Positions 38,811-53,284 of a DNA stretch of 64,000 nucleotides are shown piece after piece. Positions within the stretch are counted from its first letter, which is position 1, and each line of letters starts with the position of its first letter. The notes under the pieces were generated by a model. The model was not told where the DNA came from and made no database searches. It was given only the letters and a program-made list of their open reading frames with translations. The DNA is from Octopus vulgaris (lineage: Eukaryota). Position numbers and translations under genes: made by a program. The stretch spans positions 114,638,001 to 114,702,000 of the forward strand of contig OX597817.1 of the NCBI GenBank assembly GCA_951406725.2. The letters run 5' to 3'.

Positions 38811-40659
38811 CTTCATACATGCTTGCACCTTCATACATGCTTGCACCTTCATACATAAAGTTTTTTTCATAAGTTGTATGGTGGTTGACAAAAATATGCA
38901 TCATATCTAATGCATAGACACTAGGATGTCCTGGGACAGGCAAAGAGTTAAATATGAGAAAGTGAGATTTGAAAGAGATTTAGCTGATGTTCCTAGCAAG
39001 TTGAGAAACTGTTTCAAATCTCCTACACTGGAGACTGCTGTATTAATTGTTCTTCCTGTTTAAGATGGTAGGGTGTGAGTATTGTTTCTAGCAAAGTGAT
39101 TGACCATGTAGAAGTTGACTCATTGGGGAGGGATTTGGTGATATTGTGCAAGTTTGTGGTTGAAATGTGGGTGTGAGTTCAAGTTCTGTTTGCCATTTTC
39201 CCTTCTTTATTTAACTTTCTGAAATCTGGGACACCAAATAATGGTCATATATTTATATTAGTTTTGTATCTAGTACTATAGTTGGATGGTCACAGTATTT
39301 AAGTGCATCCTACTCTAGGATGTGGTAATTGAGTGCAGCTGTATGGATGCTAATGATTTGGCATGGCTGACTGGTCATTGAACCTGCTTTGGTGATGGTT
39401 ATTGTTAACAGTGCAGACAACATATGCATGCACACATGGGCATACACTCATGCACACATGTACATGCATGCAGAAATACACATATGCAAATAGAGAGAGG
39501 GAAAGAGAGAGAAAGAGAGTGAGAAAGATTACAATTTATTAACTGAGCATAGCTGACATAAACACTAAAATATTGTACCAGTGATGACGTGTTTAGTGTG
39601 AGTGTTCTATGATTTAATGTATGAAGAGTATTTGTGAGATAGTCCATTCCAGTGTGTTTTTGATAAGCATGTATAAAGAATGTCAGAAGGCAGTTAATTT
39701 ACAATGAAACATTGCAAGCTTTATTTAAATAAGATGAGTGCTGGCAAGTAGTAACAATGATTAATTGGCATGTTTATGTGAATCATCTACATGCGTATGC
39801 GAGGCAGGAAAAATCTCATAACTTACTTTTTCACACAGAAGGGTTATGTGAAAACCCTTGTAAGCTAATAAGAACAAGAATGTACCTCTCATTTTGAGGC
39901 AGAGTTGTAGTTGATATCATTCAAGTGAGCTACATGAAGTTGGTGATGAACACAACAATTGAGGCATGTCAAAGGAAGAGATGTTACTGCAAGGCTGTCT
40001 TTTCACCAACTCACTTGAAACTGCCGCTTCACTGCTAAGGCAGATCACTGCTATTTGTATTCATACACATCTAGCCCTAATTGGCTGGAGTCTACCACAG
40101 TACAACTGAACTAAGCCATGATGACAAAATAGATCTTTCCTGACTCACTAAAAGTTAAAAACCAAACCACAGCAACATGCAGTCCAGCCTCAGATTTATT
40201 CGCATGCTCAAATATGTCTCCTACAACAACATCAGCAATAACAACCAGAAGAATATGCCAGCTATGGCAGTAGTTTCTACAATGTTAGCAACATTAGCAA
40301 CAAAAGGATAAGAACTGAAAGTAGTACAATGCTAGCATCATTAGCATTGTTGACCTTCGCAGAATTTGAACTTAGAACTTGTAGATGATGGAATGTAGCT
40401 AAGCATTTTGCCCTGTGTACTAATGATTCTGCCAGCTCCCCACCTTAATCTGAAAAAAATATTAAATCAGCAAAAATAACAAAATACAACAATATATGAA
40501 TTACAATAAGAACAACAACAACAACTAGAAGGAAAGGAGGGTAGCAAAAATTAGCAGCAATAGTAATAGAGTAGAAAATTGAATTGTCTGAAGGTAGAGC
40601 CAGATGATGGTGATAGACATTAGCACCAGCAACAGCAATAACTAGAAGCATTACTGATA

Positions 40660-40887
40660 CTCTTTTACTCGTTTCAGTCATTTGACTGTGGCCATGCTAG
40701 AGCACCACCTGTAGACGGGCAAATCAACCCAGGACTTATTCTTTGTAAGCCTAGTACTTATTCTATCAGTCTCTTTTGCCCAACCGCTAAGTTACGGGGA
40801 TGTAAACACACCAGCATCGATTGTCAAGCGATGTTGTGGGGGACAAACACAGACACACAAGCATATATGCACACACATACATACATA

Positions 40888-40940
<53 letters not shown>

Positions 40941-41117
40941 AATATACATATATTCGATGACTTCTTTCAGTTTCCGTCTACCAAATCCACTCACAAGGCT
41001 TTGGTCAGCGCGAGGCTATAATAGAAAACATTTGCCCAAGGTGCCATGCAGTGGGACTGAACCCGGAACCATGTGGTTGGTAAGCAAGCTACTTACCACA
41101 CAGCCACTCCTAAGCCT
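40660..41117 (-). mobile_element. SINE family B, full length
   Basis: High identity to 32649-33093. Confidence 0.92.
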
Positions 41118-41149
41118 GATACTAACAACATCAGCTGGGAAACACTGCT

Positions 41150-41608
41150 AGAACATCCTTATCATCATCAAAAATCAAGAACAACAACAACGACCAGCAT
41201 GGCAGCAACACCAAAAGCAGCATTATCATCAGCAACAAGAAAGAAGAAGAAGAAGAAGAAGAAGAGGAACAGGAACAACAACAACAACAACAACAGCAGC
41301 AGTAGCAGTAGCAACATTGACATCAACAACAGTAGTCAGAAAAGAGAAAATATATCAAACAGTATTTAAAGGAGAATGAAAGAAGAAAGTAAGAATACAG
41401 AAAGGAAAGAAGATGTAAGAAAGAAAGGAAGAAGCAGAGAAGAAAGAACAAGAAAGAAAGAAAAGAAGGAAGATGATGAAGGATAAAAGAGGAAAGCAAT
41501 GCAGAAGAAAAGAAGAAAGGAAGAAAGAAATAAAGAAAGGAGGCTAAACATTGTTTAAAGGAAAATATTATACTACAACAGCAGCAGCAACAACAACTAC
41601 TGCTACCT

Positions 41609-41645
<37 letters not shown>
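41150..41645. repeat. (AAC)n/(AAG)n/(ACT)n and GA-rich low-complexity block
   Basis: Directly visible. Confidence 0.9.
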
Positions 41646-43634
41646 AGGATCAAAGCTATCACTCAGAAAATTGAATGAAGTTCTAAAAATTATTGTTGAT
41701 CATTTTCTGTTTGTTTTGATTGTTTGTATGTATGTATGTGTGTGTGTGTGTGGATGCATGTATGTGTGTGCATGTGTGTGAGTTCTTTTTTTTTTCTCTC
41801 CTTTAATGCCTGTTGTGTAATCTGTTAATTGCTTCTAGTACATTAGACTTCCATTCATTTAGTGTCTGTATATGTAGGCAAATGAACATGTTTATGTGTA
41901 AATGCATGCATACACAGGTAAGCATGTATGTGTATTGAATACACATGCATACACACACACCCATATATACACATATATATAGGTGTACAAATGAAAGAAA
42001 AGAACACTCAACAGATCATGAACTTAAATACTTGCATTAACTTGATTTGGAGTTGTTTTAGCTACATACCCATCAATGCTAAGGGCATGTCTAATCATCC
42101 AGATGCTTAATACTAAGTGATGAGATGCTCAGAGCTTCTAAGGAAGGCTGATTATCATTGGATGATGAGAGTGGACTAATTTCATTGGTCAGTTCAGGCT
42201 ATATGGTTTATTTTATATCTCAACCACTAGTGACACCTGTTGCATTGAGGGGCAACTCGGGTTCAATGGATAGAATTACTCTCCTTTTCTTAGAAATTTC
42301 AGTGAAATTAAAGATTTTAGTAAAATTGATGGAATGGGATTAACAGCTAATGACTTGAAATTAGCTAAAAGCAAGTACCATTGATGGTAGCAAAATAATG
42401 GTTCAATTTTGTTATAAATGATACAGGAGTGGGTGGAGTTTTCTCTGGCCTCGGACCTGAAAGTGTGGATATGATAAATGAAACTTACTTTAAAGTTATT
42501 GGTTGTAAGTCCCAGATAGTTAGTTCCTGAAGTTATTATCAGGGCTAAATGTCATGTTATTGACTATTACCTTGGGCATGTTTGATTTTCGCAGTTACTA
42601 AGTGGGTAACTGTGGTAAAGCTTGCATGAATGTATGCTAAAACTAAAAGGGATGCAGCATGTGAATTATATGATTACAAAAATATGCTAGAATTGTTCAA
42701 GCGTCAGAAGGATTGCTTTGTAGTATTTCTTCAGGCTCTTTACTTTCTGAGTTCCAATTTCATTAAAGTCGACTTTGCCTTTCGTTTCTCTGTGTTGATA
42801 AAATAAAGTACTAATCTAGTACTGGCTTTGAATATAATTAACTAAGTCCCCTTCCCCCTCAAAAGTTCTGTCTTTGTGCCTAAATTAGAAATTATTAATA
42901 GCAAGTTCATTGACTACAAATTTCTGGTGGCTGTTGTTCAGGAAACATATGCACTAGTGTATAATCCAACTAAGTATATAAGACAACTCCAGAATTTTCT
43001 TTGAAAATGTAGGCTTTGAGCTACACTCACTGTACAAGTCTGCTTGGCAGCATTTCACCCATGAAGCAATGGTTGAGATGTGTGTGAAGCAGAGTCCAAT
43101 GCCCCCAACTGTTGGAACGGTGTCTTTATAACCTAATTATTTTTTTTATTACCAGAAATATGTTTTAATAAATGTTGAATTCAAAATCTCAACACTTGTA
43201 ACATACTTATCACAGCCCTCTAAGCTTTATAAAGCTTACACAGAGCTGTCTCTGAAGGCCTTGTAATCTACTGCTATATCTAGTGATGCTGGGATTTTAC
43301 AATAACTGGAGATTAATCGTCACCCATAGAGAGTGCTGCTGCTTATGACAGTGTTGACAATTTGGGCTTTTCAAGAAACCCCACCTCCAAATGTTTCAAA
43401 ACTCTGGGAAGTGTGAGGGGTTTTTTTTTGTGTGTGATTGGCCTATCACAGGATTTAATCTGTAAACAGTGGTAGGAGCATGCAAGCTATACCAGTGTTT
43501 TATACTCTTCTCCATTGCTATTGGTAACACTCCAGAGCACAGCATGTTAAAGTGCTGATTTTATACTTGTTTAATTATTCGTAGGGACACCATGGTCTAT
43601 TATGCAACCATAAAAATACTACAAAGTATATTAA

Positions 43635-43855
43635 TCCTTTCGTTACCAACCTGGCTGAAACTGGCTCTGGCCCTGTAGTACAAATGTCTTGTTTTCATAA
43701 GTTTTGAATTAAAATCTTCCACCAAACCTTAGTCACAATTTATGTTCCTAACACTAGCTTAATGATAACTAAGTTATTTTACTAAATTCTTTGTTATATT
43801 TAAAGTAATTGAAAGAAACACAGAACATCTCAAAATAAATATAGTAATGAAAGGG
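43635..43855. mobile_element. piggyBac-like MITE (221 bp)
   Basis: TTAA-TCCTTTCGTTAC...GTAATGAAAGGG-TTAA: TTAA TSD and (C)CC/GGG termini; related fragments near 10950-11050 and 49000-49113. Confidence 0.8.
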
Positions 43856-44107
43856 TTAAACACTTTATAAGTCACTACAGTGCTGGCTATAATTTCTATA
43901 GAAAATCTATAGAGATAACCTTATGATGATACCTAGTTTTGGGGGTGAGTTCTTAAGGTTCAAATTCCATTCTGTACACCAACATATATGGTATAATTAA
44001 TGTTATTGGTATAGTCTTTGTATAGTCATGGGATAACCCTGTATGAATAGATCTTTGATTTGAGATATTTCTGCTTTGACCATACTATCTTTTTCTTTTG
44101 TTATCTA

Positions 44108-44493
44108 TAGGCGTAGGAGTAGCTGTGTGGTAAGTAGCTTGCTTACGAACCACATGGTTCTGGGTTCAGTCCCACTGTGTGGCACCTTGAGCAAGTATCT
44201 TCTACTGTAGCCTTGGTCCGACCAAAGCCTTGTGAGTGGATTTGATAAATGGAAACTGAAAGAAGTCCATATATATATGTATGTGTGTGTATGTCTGTGT
44301 GTGTGTATGTTTCTGTGTCTGTGTTTGTCCTCCCAACATCGCTTGACAACCGATGCTGGTGTGTTTACGTCTCCGTAACTTAGCGGTTCAGCAAAAGAGA
44401 CCAATAGAATAAGTACTAGGCTTACAGAGAATAAGTCCTGGGGTCAATTTGCTCGACTAAAGGCGGTGCTCCAGCATGGCCACAGTCAAATGA
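44108..44493 (+). mobile_element. SINE family B, near full length
   Basis: High identity to other B copies. Confidence 0.92.
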
Positions 44494-44619
44494 TTTAAGA
44501 TGGCAAGTTGTGATTTAAGAAAAGTTGACTGCTATTTTTAATTAGTTGAGCAACCATATAGTATCTCCCTCAACTTATTGAGGCAAGGCTTCTTCATAGT
44601 TGTTGTAGGTTGTTATTTT

Positions 44620-45270
44620 CATCATTGTCCTCATGGTCATCATCATCATCATCAACAGATCTGTGTTCTGTTCATCATAATCATCATCATGTCATCATCC
44701 TCATCATCATTGTCATCATCATCATCACCACCACTACCATTCTCATTGTTATCATCAGTTATCATCATTACTTTCAGTGTTGTTGCTATTATAACCATCA
44801 TCTTCATCATTATTGTCATCATCAGTATTGTTATTGTTATCATCATTATCCATGCCATCTTCATTGTCGTTGTCGTCGTTGCCATCATCATCATTGTTGT
44901 CATCACCACCACCACCACCATTCTCATTTGTATCATCAATTCTTATCATAATTTTTATGTCATTGCCACTCTAAGCATCATGTTCATCATTATCATCATT
45001 ATCATCGTCCTCCTCCTCCTCCTCCTCATCATCATCATCATATCATCATCAGTATTATCATCATCATCACCATCATCTTCATTGCCATTTTCATCATCAC
45101 CACCATCATCATTATTGCTTTCATCAGTGCCATCGCCATCATCATCATTATCAATATCATTATTATTGTTATTGTTGTTACCACCATCTCTATCTTCATC
45201 ATCGTCATTGTATTTTACTATCATTGCCATCATCACCATTATCATTATATTCTATCATTATCATCACTTT
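44620..45270. repeat. Degenerate (ATC/CAT)n triplet tract, ~650 bp
   Basis: Directly visible; source of the poly-I/S/H/D/M ORFs. Confidence 0.95.
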
Positions 45271-45699
45271 TGACAACAATGTTATCAGAATTTTACATCA
45301 GTTGTCTCCTCCTCTTAATGGTGCAGGTAGAGAGATACTGTACTGACAATGACAGGAGCAGTATCATCGGTTTGTATTTAAGTGAGAAAGAAAAAATAAA
45401 ATCTGTTACTATTCAGAGAACTATCACTGTTAAAAGCAACATCTAGCAATCCAAGAAACGGCAGAAAAAAAATGAAGATAAGTTGCAAATAATAAAACAA
45501 TTGAGCAACACAGTAAGTAAAAATAAAAAAGAGAGAATAGTGGTCCCTCCACCTACCAAATTCCTTCACTAAAAAATAATATGCGCTTACATCAGCAGGA
45601 ACAAAGACAAGGAGAAAATTGATGAAAGACTTAAAGAAAGAAACATATTTTGATCAAAGTTTTGTCTTGAAGAACATATAGATTTTAGAAATTACTTAA

Positions 45700-45956
45700 T
45701 ATATATGCATGCGTACATACATACATACATACATACATACATACATACATACATACATACATTCATATATATGTATGTGTGCATGTGTGTATATATATAT
45801 ATGTATATGTATATATGTGTATATGTATATATGTAAATGTATATATGTATGTATATACTCAGACACGCACACATGTATGTATATATATGTGTGTGTGTGT
45901 ATACATATGTTTATATGTATACATATAAATACTCATTCACACATATGTTTAGCTAA

Positions 45957-46004
<48 letters not shown>

Positions 46005-46009
46005 CTCTA

Positions 46010-46046
<37 letters not shown>

Positions 46047-46262
46047 GTAAGTATGTATATGTGTGTATATATAAATGTGTGTGTTTATACACACACACAC
46101 ACACATGTATACTGTATATGCATACAAATATACAGTCATGCATATACAACATGTACGCTCATACACACATGCATATTTACACACATACATATGCATATAT
46201 ACATGTATATAGGTTTCTGTATGAGTGTGTGTGTATATATGCATGCATGTGTGTGTGTGTGA

Positions 46263-46309
<47 letters not shown>

Positions 46310-46312
46310 TAG
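45700..46312. repeat. (TACA)n/(TATC)n/(TA)n/(TG)n compound microsatellite
   Basis: Directly visible. Confidence 0.95.
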
Positions 46313-46686
46313 TATCCTGAAGAGAGGAGAAAAAATTTGAAGAGAAAAATGTTATAGTAATGCTAAAGTAACTGATAACATGACCGATCTTCTTCTGTTT
46401 TACATTTAATTCTTTATTTTTCGTCTAAGCATTATCTATCATTCGATGTAACTGTCTCTCTCTGCCTGAAGCAGTCCTGCAAACAAACGAGATGATGTAT
46501 CACATTGATAAGGTAAAATATGCAATATCTGTCCTTTATGTTGTTATGTTGAAACTACATTTCAAAACTTAACGAATTCCTCATCATTCTCCCCACTCTC
46601 TTCCCCTCTCTCTCCCTGCCCCCCCTCTCTGTACTCACACACATATGTACAAGCATTCACACACATGTATACATGCTCACATGCAG

Positions 46687-47205
<519 letters not shown>

Positions 47206-47838
47206 ATGTATTTGAATGTATTTATATGTATGTGCACACGTATACACTCACACAACACACATACACACCTGCACAGAAGTACATATACACATTATATATC
47301 ATATAGGATATAGTATATATTATCATTTAATATGTTATTGGAGGCTGAAGTTTCCTAAACTACAACTCAGATTTTTCCATTTGTTCAAAATAGTTGAAAA
47401 AACTGTATTAAACTCAAAGAAGAGGAAATAGCAGACACGATGTTGTTTCTTACATTAACCTTCTGAGTTCAAATTCCTCTAGGTTCTATAAATCAATATA
47501 ATCTGGTCAAGCTACTTCATTTTATTGCACCTTTCCTATTTCGCAGCCTTTCATTCATTTGATCATTTCTTCTACATCCAATTTCCCATGCTTGCATGAC
47601 TTGGCAAATGTGTTGTTTGATGCATTGTTTAACAAGTGGTTGCACTTACTTGACATTAATTCTTATCCGTTTTAGAAATAAGGGATCATTTATTACACAT
47701 GATTTGAGAGAATGAATTGCGCGGGCAATTTGTTGACAGCAGAGATTGACGCTCACACTACAGGCTGCGCTTTCATACAAATGATTGAAGAAGTAAACAA
47801 ACATCCAAACACATTTGCACACATATACACACACACAT

Positions 47839-47909
<71 letters not shown>

Positions 47910-48278
47910 TACATACACTTGGAAAAAAGATCCTCATTGCTTCAGGTTTTAAATTTTCCATGTGTGAATAGGTCAGATGAAATTTCATGAGGCAAACTTT
48001 ACATGGCTGGATGCTTTTCCTTTTGCCAACCTTCACCTGTTTGCAATTATGATAATGTTCACCCATGAGCAGCACAATGGATGGACATATTTTCTTGAAA
48101 TTTTATCAGTAAATGGCAACATTTTTATGACAGCAGCAATTATTTGTTTACATTTAGTGCATAATGTTAAGACAAAATGTCAAAAACACACACACACTTA
48201 TATATGTATTTGCACACATATATATATATAGACACATACATACATGAATATGTATTTATATGTGTGTTTGTGTGTATA

Positions 48279-48407
48279 TAGGTGCAGGAGTGGCTGTATG
48301 GTAAGAAGCTTGCTTCCCAACCACATGGTTCCTGGTTCAGTCCCACTGTGTGGCACCTTGGGCAAATGTCTTGTGAGTGGATCTGGTAGATGGAAACTTA
48401 AAGAAGC

Positions 48408-48466
<59 letters not shown>

Positions 48467-48510
48467 TTGTGTGTCTGTGTTTGTCCTTCCTCCATCAGTT
48501 GACAACCTTG
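48279..48510 (+). mobile_element. Family B copy, internally deleted
   Basis: Head intact, internal (TA)n, truncated tail. Confidence 0.8.
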
Positions 48511-48528
48511 TGGGTTGGCAAAAGATAG

Positions 48529-48563
<35 letters not shown>

Positions 48564-48571
48564 CAAATAGA

Positions 48572-48611
<40 letters not shown>

Positions 48612-49226
48612 GAGAAAGGCAGGCAGACAGATGGATAGATAGACTACCCTGCATATGGCATGTCACTTGGAGTGAGCCTTGTTGCTGGGTGTTATAGTTT
48701 GCATTGGGAGCACTTCTTGATCAAAAATTCTTCATCAGACTTTATATACATATATATGATAGGCTTTTTACAGTTTCTGCCTACGAAATCCACTTAGAAG
48801 GTTTTGCTAAGCTTGGGCTATAGTATATGTCCCTTCATCAAGTGGGTTGAACTTGAAATTATGTTACTGCGAAGTGAACTTCTTCACCATACTGCTGTGT
48901 TTGTTTCTTCTTAACTATTGGTTAAATACTCTTACTTTCTTGTTCAGTTTTTCTGGGATCTTTTTAGTCATTTATGGTATAAATTTCTTGGTTTAAAGTA
49001 ATCTAAACTGAAACCTTTCCAAATACCTGCTTAATAAAATAATGCTATTTTATTAAATTCTTCATTATATTCAAAATTAATTGGAGCAAAGACAATATAT
49101 GGTAACAAAAGGGTTAAGATGCCTAGTGACAATCAAGCTACTTGAAAGGTTTCCTGATTTCATAATTGCCAGCCAGCACTTCAAAGAAATTAGAAACATT
49201 AGCAATGTATAACTTTGAATAGTTTC

Positions 49227-49257
<31 letters not shown>

Positions 49258-49288
49258 ATGATGATGATGATGATGATGATGATATATG

Positions 49289-49324
<36 letters not shown>

Positions 49325-50582
49325 TGTATGTATGTATGTATGTATGTATGTATGTGTTTTCGTGTTTTCGTTTAGAGAATTCAAGCTGGCTACTAACCAA
49401 ATGGCAAGGCTCTTTTGTTTCAGTTAAGACAAATGTTGGAGTTTGTAGTCATTTGAATTGGGTGATGTGTGTATATATGTACATGCATGTTTGTGCTTGG
49501 GGATAACTTGCCTTTGTGTGGTGTATACTCACACACACACATACACATGCACTCACACACACGTATCCATGCATATATATATATATATGTTATTCATGTG
49601 TGCAGGCATGCCCATATGTATGTATGTATGTATATCTGCATGTGTGTATAGGTACAGTACTGCCAAATGGTTAACAAGTTTGCTTTGCAAGCATAAGATC
49701 TGGGTTCAGTCCCACTATGTAGCATATTGCACAAATGTTCTTTTCCATAACTTTAGCTCAACTTATATATATTTTGAGTTAAATATGTAAATATCTACCT
49801 TACTACTAAGTATGGTAACATACATATATATCAGACTACCCAGTTCCATGCAAGTAGAGTTATGCCTATTTAAGTAGTAACTATCAGAACATGAATAATA
49901 CAGCTTTTTATATTTCATGAATTGCTTATAGGAAAAAATACAGACAACGGTATGTAAGGAGATTTACTTCCTTCTGAAGAACTGCTGATAGTACAGTTTG
50001 TAGATTTCCAAACAAAATGAGGATGAGTTAGCAGGTTATATCTTGTCATCAACATGAGAGTTGCTGTTGTTATCATTGTTTTTATTGTTACTATCATCTC
50101 CATTACTACCATCACTGCCACTGTCTCAGTCATCCTTTTACATCTACTTTCCATGCTAATTTGGTGTCAAGAGTTCATCATGGTCTGAGACAGTTTATAC
50201 TCAGAGTTGCTAGTCTCCTAATTGTATTGGGCATGTATTCCATTTTTAGCATGGTTTCTATAGCTGGAACTCCTTTCTAACACCAACTGCTTTACAGAGT
50301 GTACTGACTGCATTTTATCATGGCACCCACATTAAAGCAGTGGTCAGTAAAACTATAAAACCTTCTTGACCTATGTTATTTCTGCTTGTCTGCTAACTAG
50401 ATACTTGGAGCCATAAACTGCTAGTTTAGATGGATTCAACTAGGTAGCTGTGAAGGGTGCTGAAAAGTTCCTGGCTTTGGGTAAAAGAAAATACAGGAGG
50501 ATCAGTTAATTATGATTTTATCGAAGTCAATGAATCACTCATGAAGTCCTCAGTGCTACTAATACATAGAAATAAGAGTGTA

Positions 50583-50768
50583 ATGAGCAGATGTGTGTGT
50601 ACATCAGAGTTAGTAAGTGTAGTGGTAAGATGCAAAGGGTCACCATATGTAGATTGTAAAGATTGTTTCATCATTCCTTCAACTACCTCTATATGGTCAC
50701 CCTTCGCATCTTAGTAATGCTGCACTTAGTAACTCCGATGTATACACACATCTGTAGGTGCTCACTTA
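50583..50768. mobile_element. ~185 bp hairpin / MITE-like inverted repeat
   Basis: ~65 bp arms CAGATGTGTGTGTACATCAGAGTTAG...AAGGGTCACCATAT / ATATGGTCACCCTT...TAACTCCGATGTATACACACATCTG. Confidence 0.7.
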
Positions 50769-51302
50769 GCCCTGCCTGAGATTCAAAACCAAATCTATAC
50801 ACTTGTTGCTTGTCAGACAACTGTCTGATTCCATTGTGTTTTATTTCCATGTTGGGAGATTAATTAGAAACATCTGGTCTCCTACCACCTTTGCTGGTCA
50901 CTGAAGGGTCAGTCCATTGATTTAGGCTTGACCTACTTCCTGGCTATACTCTGTATAACTTGAGAACATCTCTCTCTTGCCCTCTTTGGTTAATATATGA
51001 CAACACCATGCATTTGACCAGAGTTTTTGTTGTTTAGCTTAAAGGGTTTCAGTTTAGTCATTCTCCTAGAAACGCTATCTGTTATAGATAAGCTCTTTGT
51101 CTAGAAACAGACTGATCTTGCATCCACCTAAATGTTGCCAAAGGTAGTGTTGAGTATCATCTATGAGAAACCTTTGAAATCTGAAATAATCAGCTTCTGT
51201 TACTTCTTTTAGTTGCTATTTGATTTTTTCTAAGACCCCAGCTAGCCAAATTGATTGTATTGATGGCGTGCTGTTTTACACTCTCTCACATAAACACACA
51301 CA

Positions 51303-51373
<71 letters not shown>

Positions 51374-51560
51374 ACACACATGCACATACACAATCACACA
51401 CATCTTTCGTATCATTGATAGAATGTGCGTGACTATGTGTGTTTATGAATTTATGTACATATGCATATATATGGTTGTGTGAGTGTGTATATGTGCATGT
51501 GTATATATCTGTATATTTGTTTTTATGTATATACACATATACATGTGTGTGTGTATGTGT

Positions 51561-51605
<45 letters not shown>

Positions 51606-51647
51606 AATATATATGCATACACACTCACACACACACACACACACACA

Positions 51648-51679
<32 letters not shown>

Positions 51680-52057
51680 TCTTGGCAGCTTCAGTTGAAG
51701 AACTTGCAATATGGTATATTTCTCAGCAGAAAACACATGTTCATATTTATAGTACTAGGTAGATAAAATTTTCTTTAAAAGTTAAAGAAAAAGAAATGGA
51801 AAGAAAAAAAATCATCCTAAGTTGTTATTTTATTTTGTTTTTACTCCATTTACACCAGTATTTATATTTTGATCACTCTCCATCTCACTCTCTCTTTCCC
51901 CCTCCCCACATCCACCTCCACATTTTCTACTTTTATTCTTTTAGAAAACAGGATGATTTTGCTTATAGCTTTTTTAAAAATTTTTTGTCTTTTTGCTTTT
52001 CTTGCAACAAAACAGAATTATTTCCTATCAGTTTTTCAACAATTTTTTTTGTTAGAG

Positions 52058-52098
<41 letters not shown>

Positions 52099-52850
52099 TA
52101 GCAAACAAAACTGAATGAATAATTTGAAAGAAAAATTAACAAAATGAATATAAATATTGATAAATAAAATAAACTATATAAATGTATGAAAATGAAATGT
52201 TAGAAAAAAGGAAATGAACAAAAAATGGTAAATAGAAAAAAGGAAAGAAGGAAAATGTACAGGAAAAAAGTCCCTTAAAAATACAAAAAAAAAAATGAAA
52301 CAAAATATAACAAAAAAAAGCAAGAAACAAATAGTATTATGGTTCTTATGGAGAATCAGCAGAAAATAAATGTTTGCTGATCTTGTATTAACTTTCACTC
52401 AAATTTTACTAATCAAATAGTAATTTACCCTCAGCTATGTAGCAAAGTAAAAAAGAAAGAGAGGCGTGTGTGTGTGTGAAAAAAAACGAAATCAAACAAA
52501 AAAAAAAAACATTCATTGCTATTTTTATAGTCTTCTGAAAATGGTGGATTGGTAGTATCCTTAAAGTAAATACTGCTTTTTGTTGTGTTTGCTCTGGCAG
52601 TCTGCATTCTGTGTTCAAATCCAATCCTGTTTAACTTTGCTATTTATCCTTCAGGCTAGGGTTTGATAAAGCATCAGTTTAATTCTGAGGTAAATCTCTC
52701 TCTCTCTCTCTCTCTCTCACACACTTGTTCTTCACAATTCCTTTCATCATATTCACCTTCCTATAAGTTGAAGGTATACTCTGACATATTTGTTTATTAG
52801 TTTACTTGTTTCAGTCAATAGAATTTTTTGTTGAATGATTGACCCCAGTA

Positions 52851-53284
52851 TTAAGGCAGTGAGCTGGCAGAAATGTTAGCATGCCGAGCGAAAAGCTTAG
52901 CGGTATTTCATTTACCATTACGTTCTGAGTTCAAATTCTGCCGAGGTCGACTTTGCTTTTCATCCTTTCAGGGTCGATAAATTAAGTACCAGTTGCGTAC
53001 TGGGATTGATGTAATCGACTTTATCCCTATATCTGTCCTTGTTTGTCCCCTCTACGTTTAGCCCCTTGTGGTCAATAAAGAAATAAGAAATGTTAGCATG
53101 CCGGGCGAAATGCTTAGTGGTATTTTGTCTGTCTTTACGTTCTGAGTTCAAATTCTACTGAGGTCGACTTTGCCTTCCATCCTTTCAGGGTTGATAAATT
53201 AAGTACCAGTTGTGTACTAGTGTCAATCTAATCAACTAGCCCCCTCCCCCAAAATTTCAGGCCTTGTGTCTAGAATAGAAAAGA
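52851..53284 (+). mobile_element. SINE family A dimer nested in a minus-strand family B copy (~52800-53565)
   Basis: Two A units with different tails; TSD ATTGA(C/T)CCCAGTA at 52838-52850 and 53285-53297. Confidence 0.88.

Noticed and set aside
42050-43400. Possible LINE RT (NYLGLT, minus) and AP-endonuclease (VVQET, plus) traces
   Set aside because: Only isolated short motifs among many stops; not supportable without a profile search.
44578-45273. 231 aa hydrophobic ORF and overlapping His/Asp/Met-rich ORFs
   Set aside because: Degenerate (ATC)n tract that is open in several frames on both strands.
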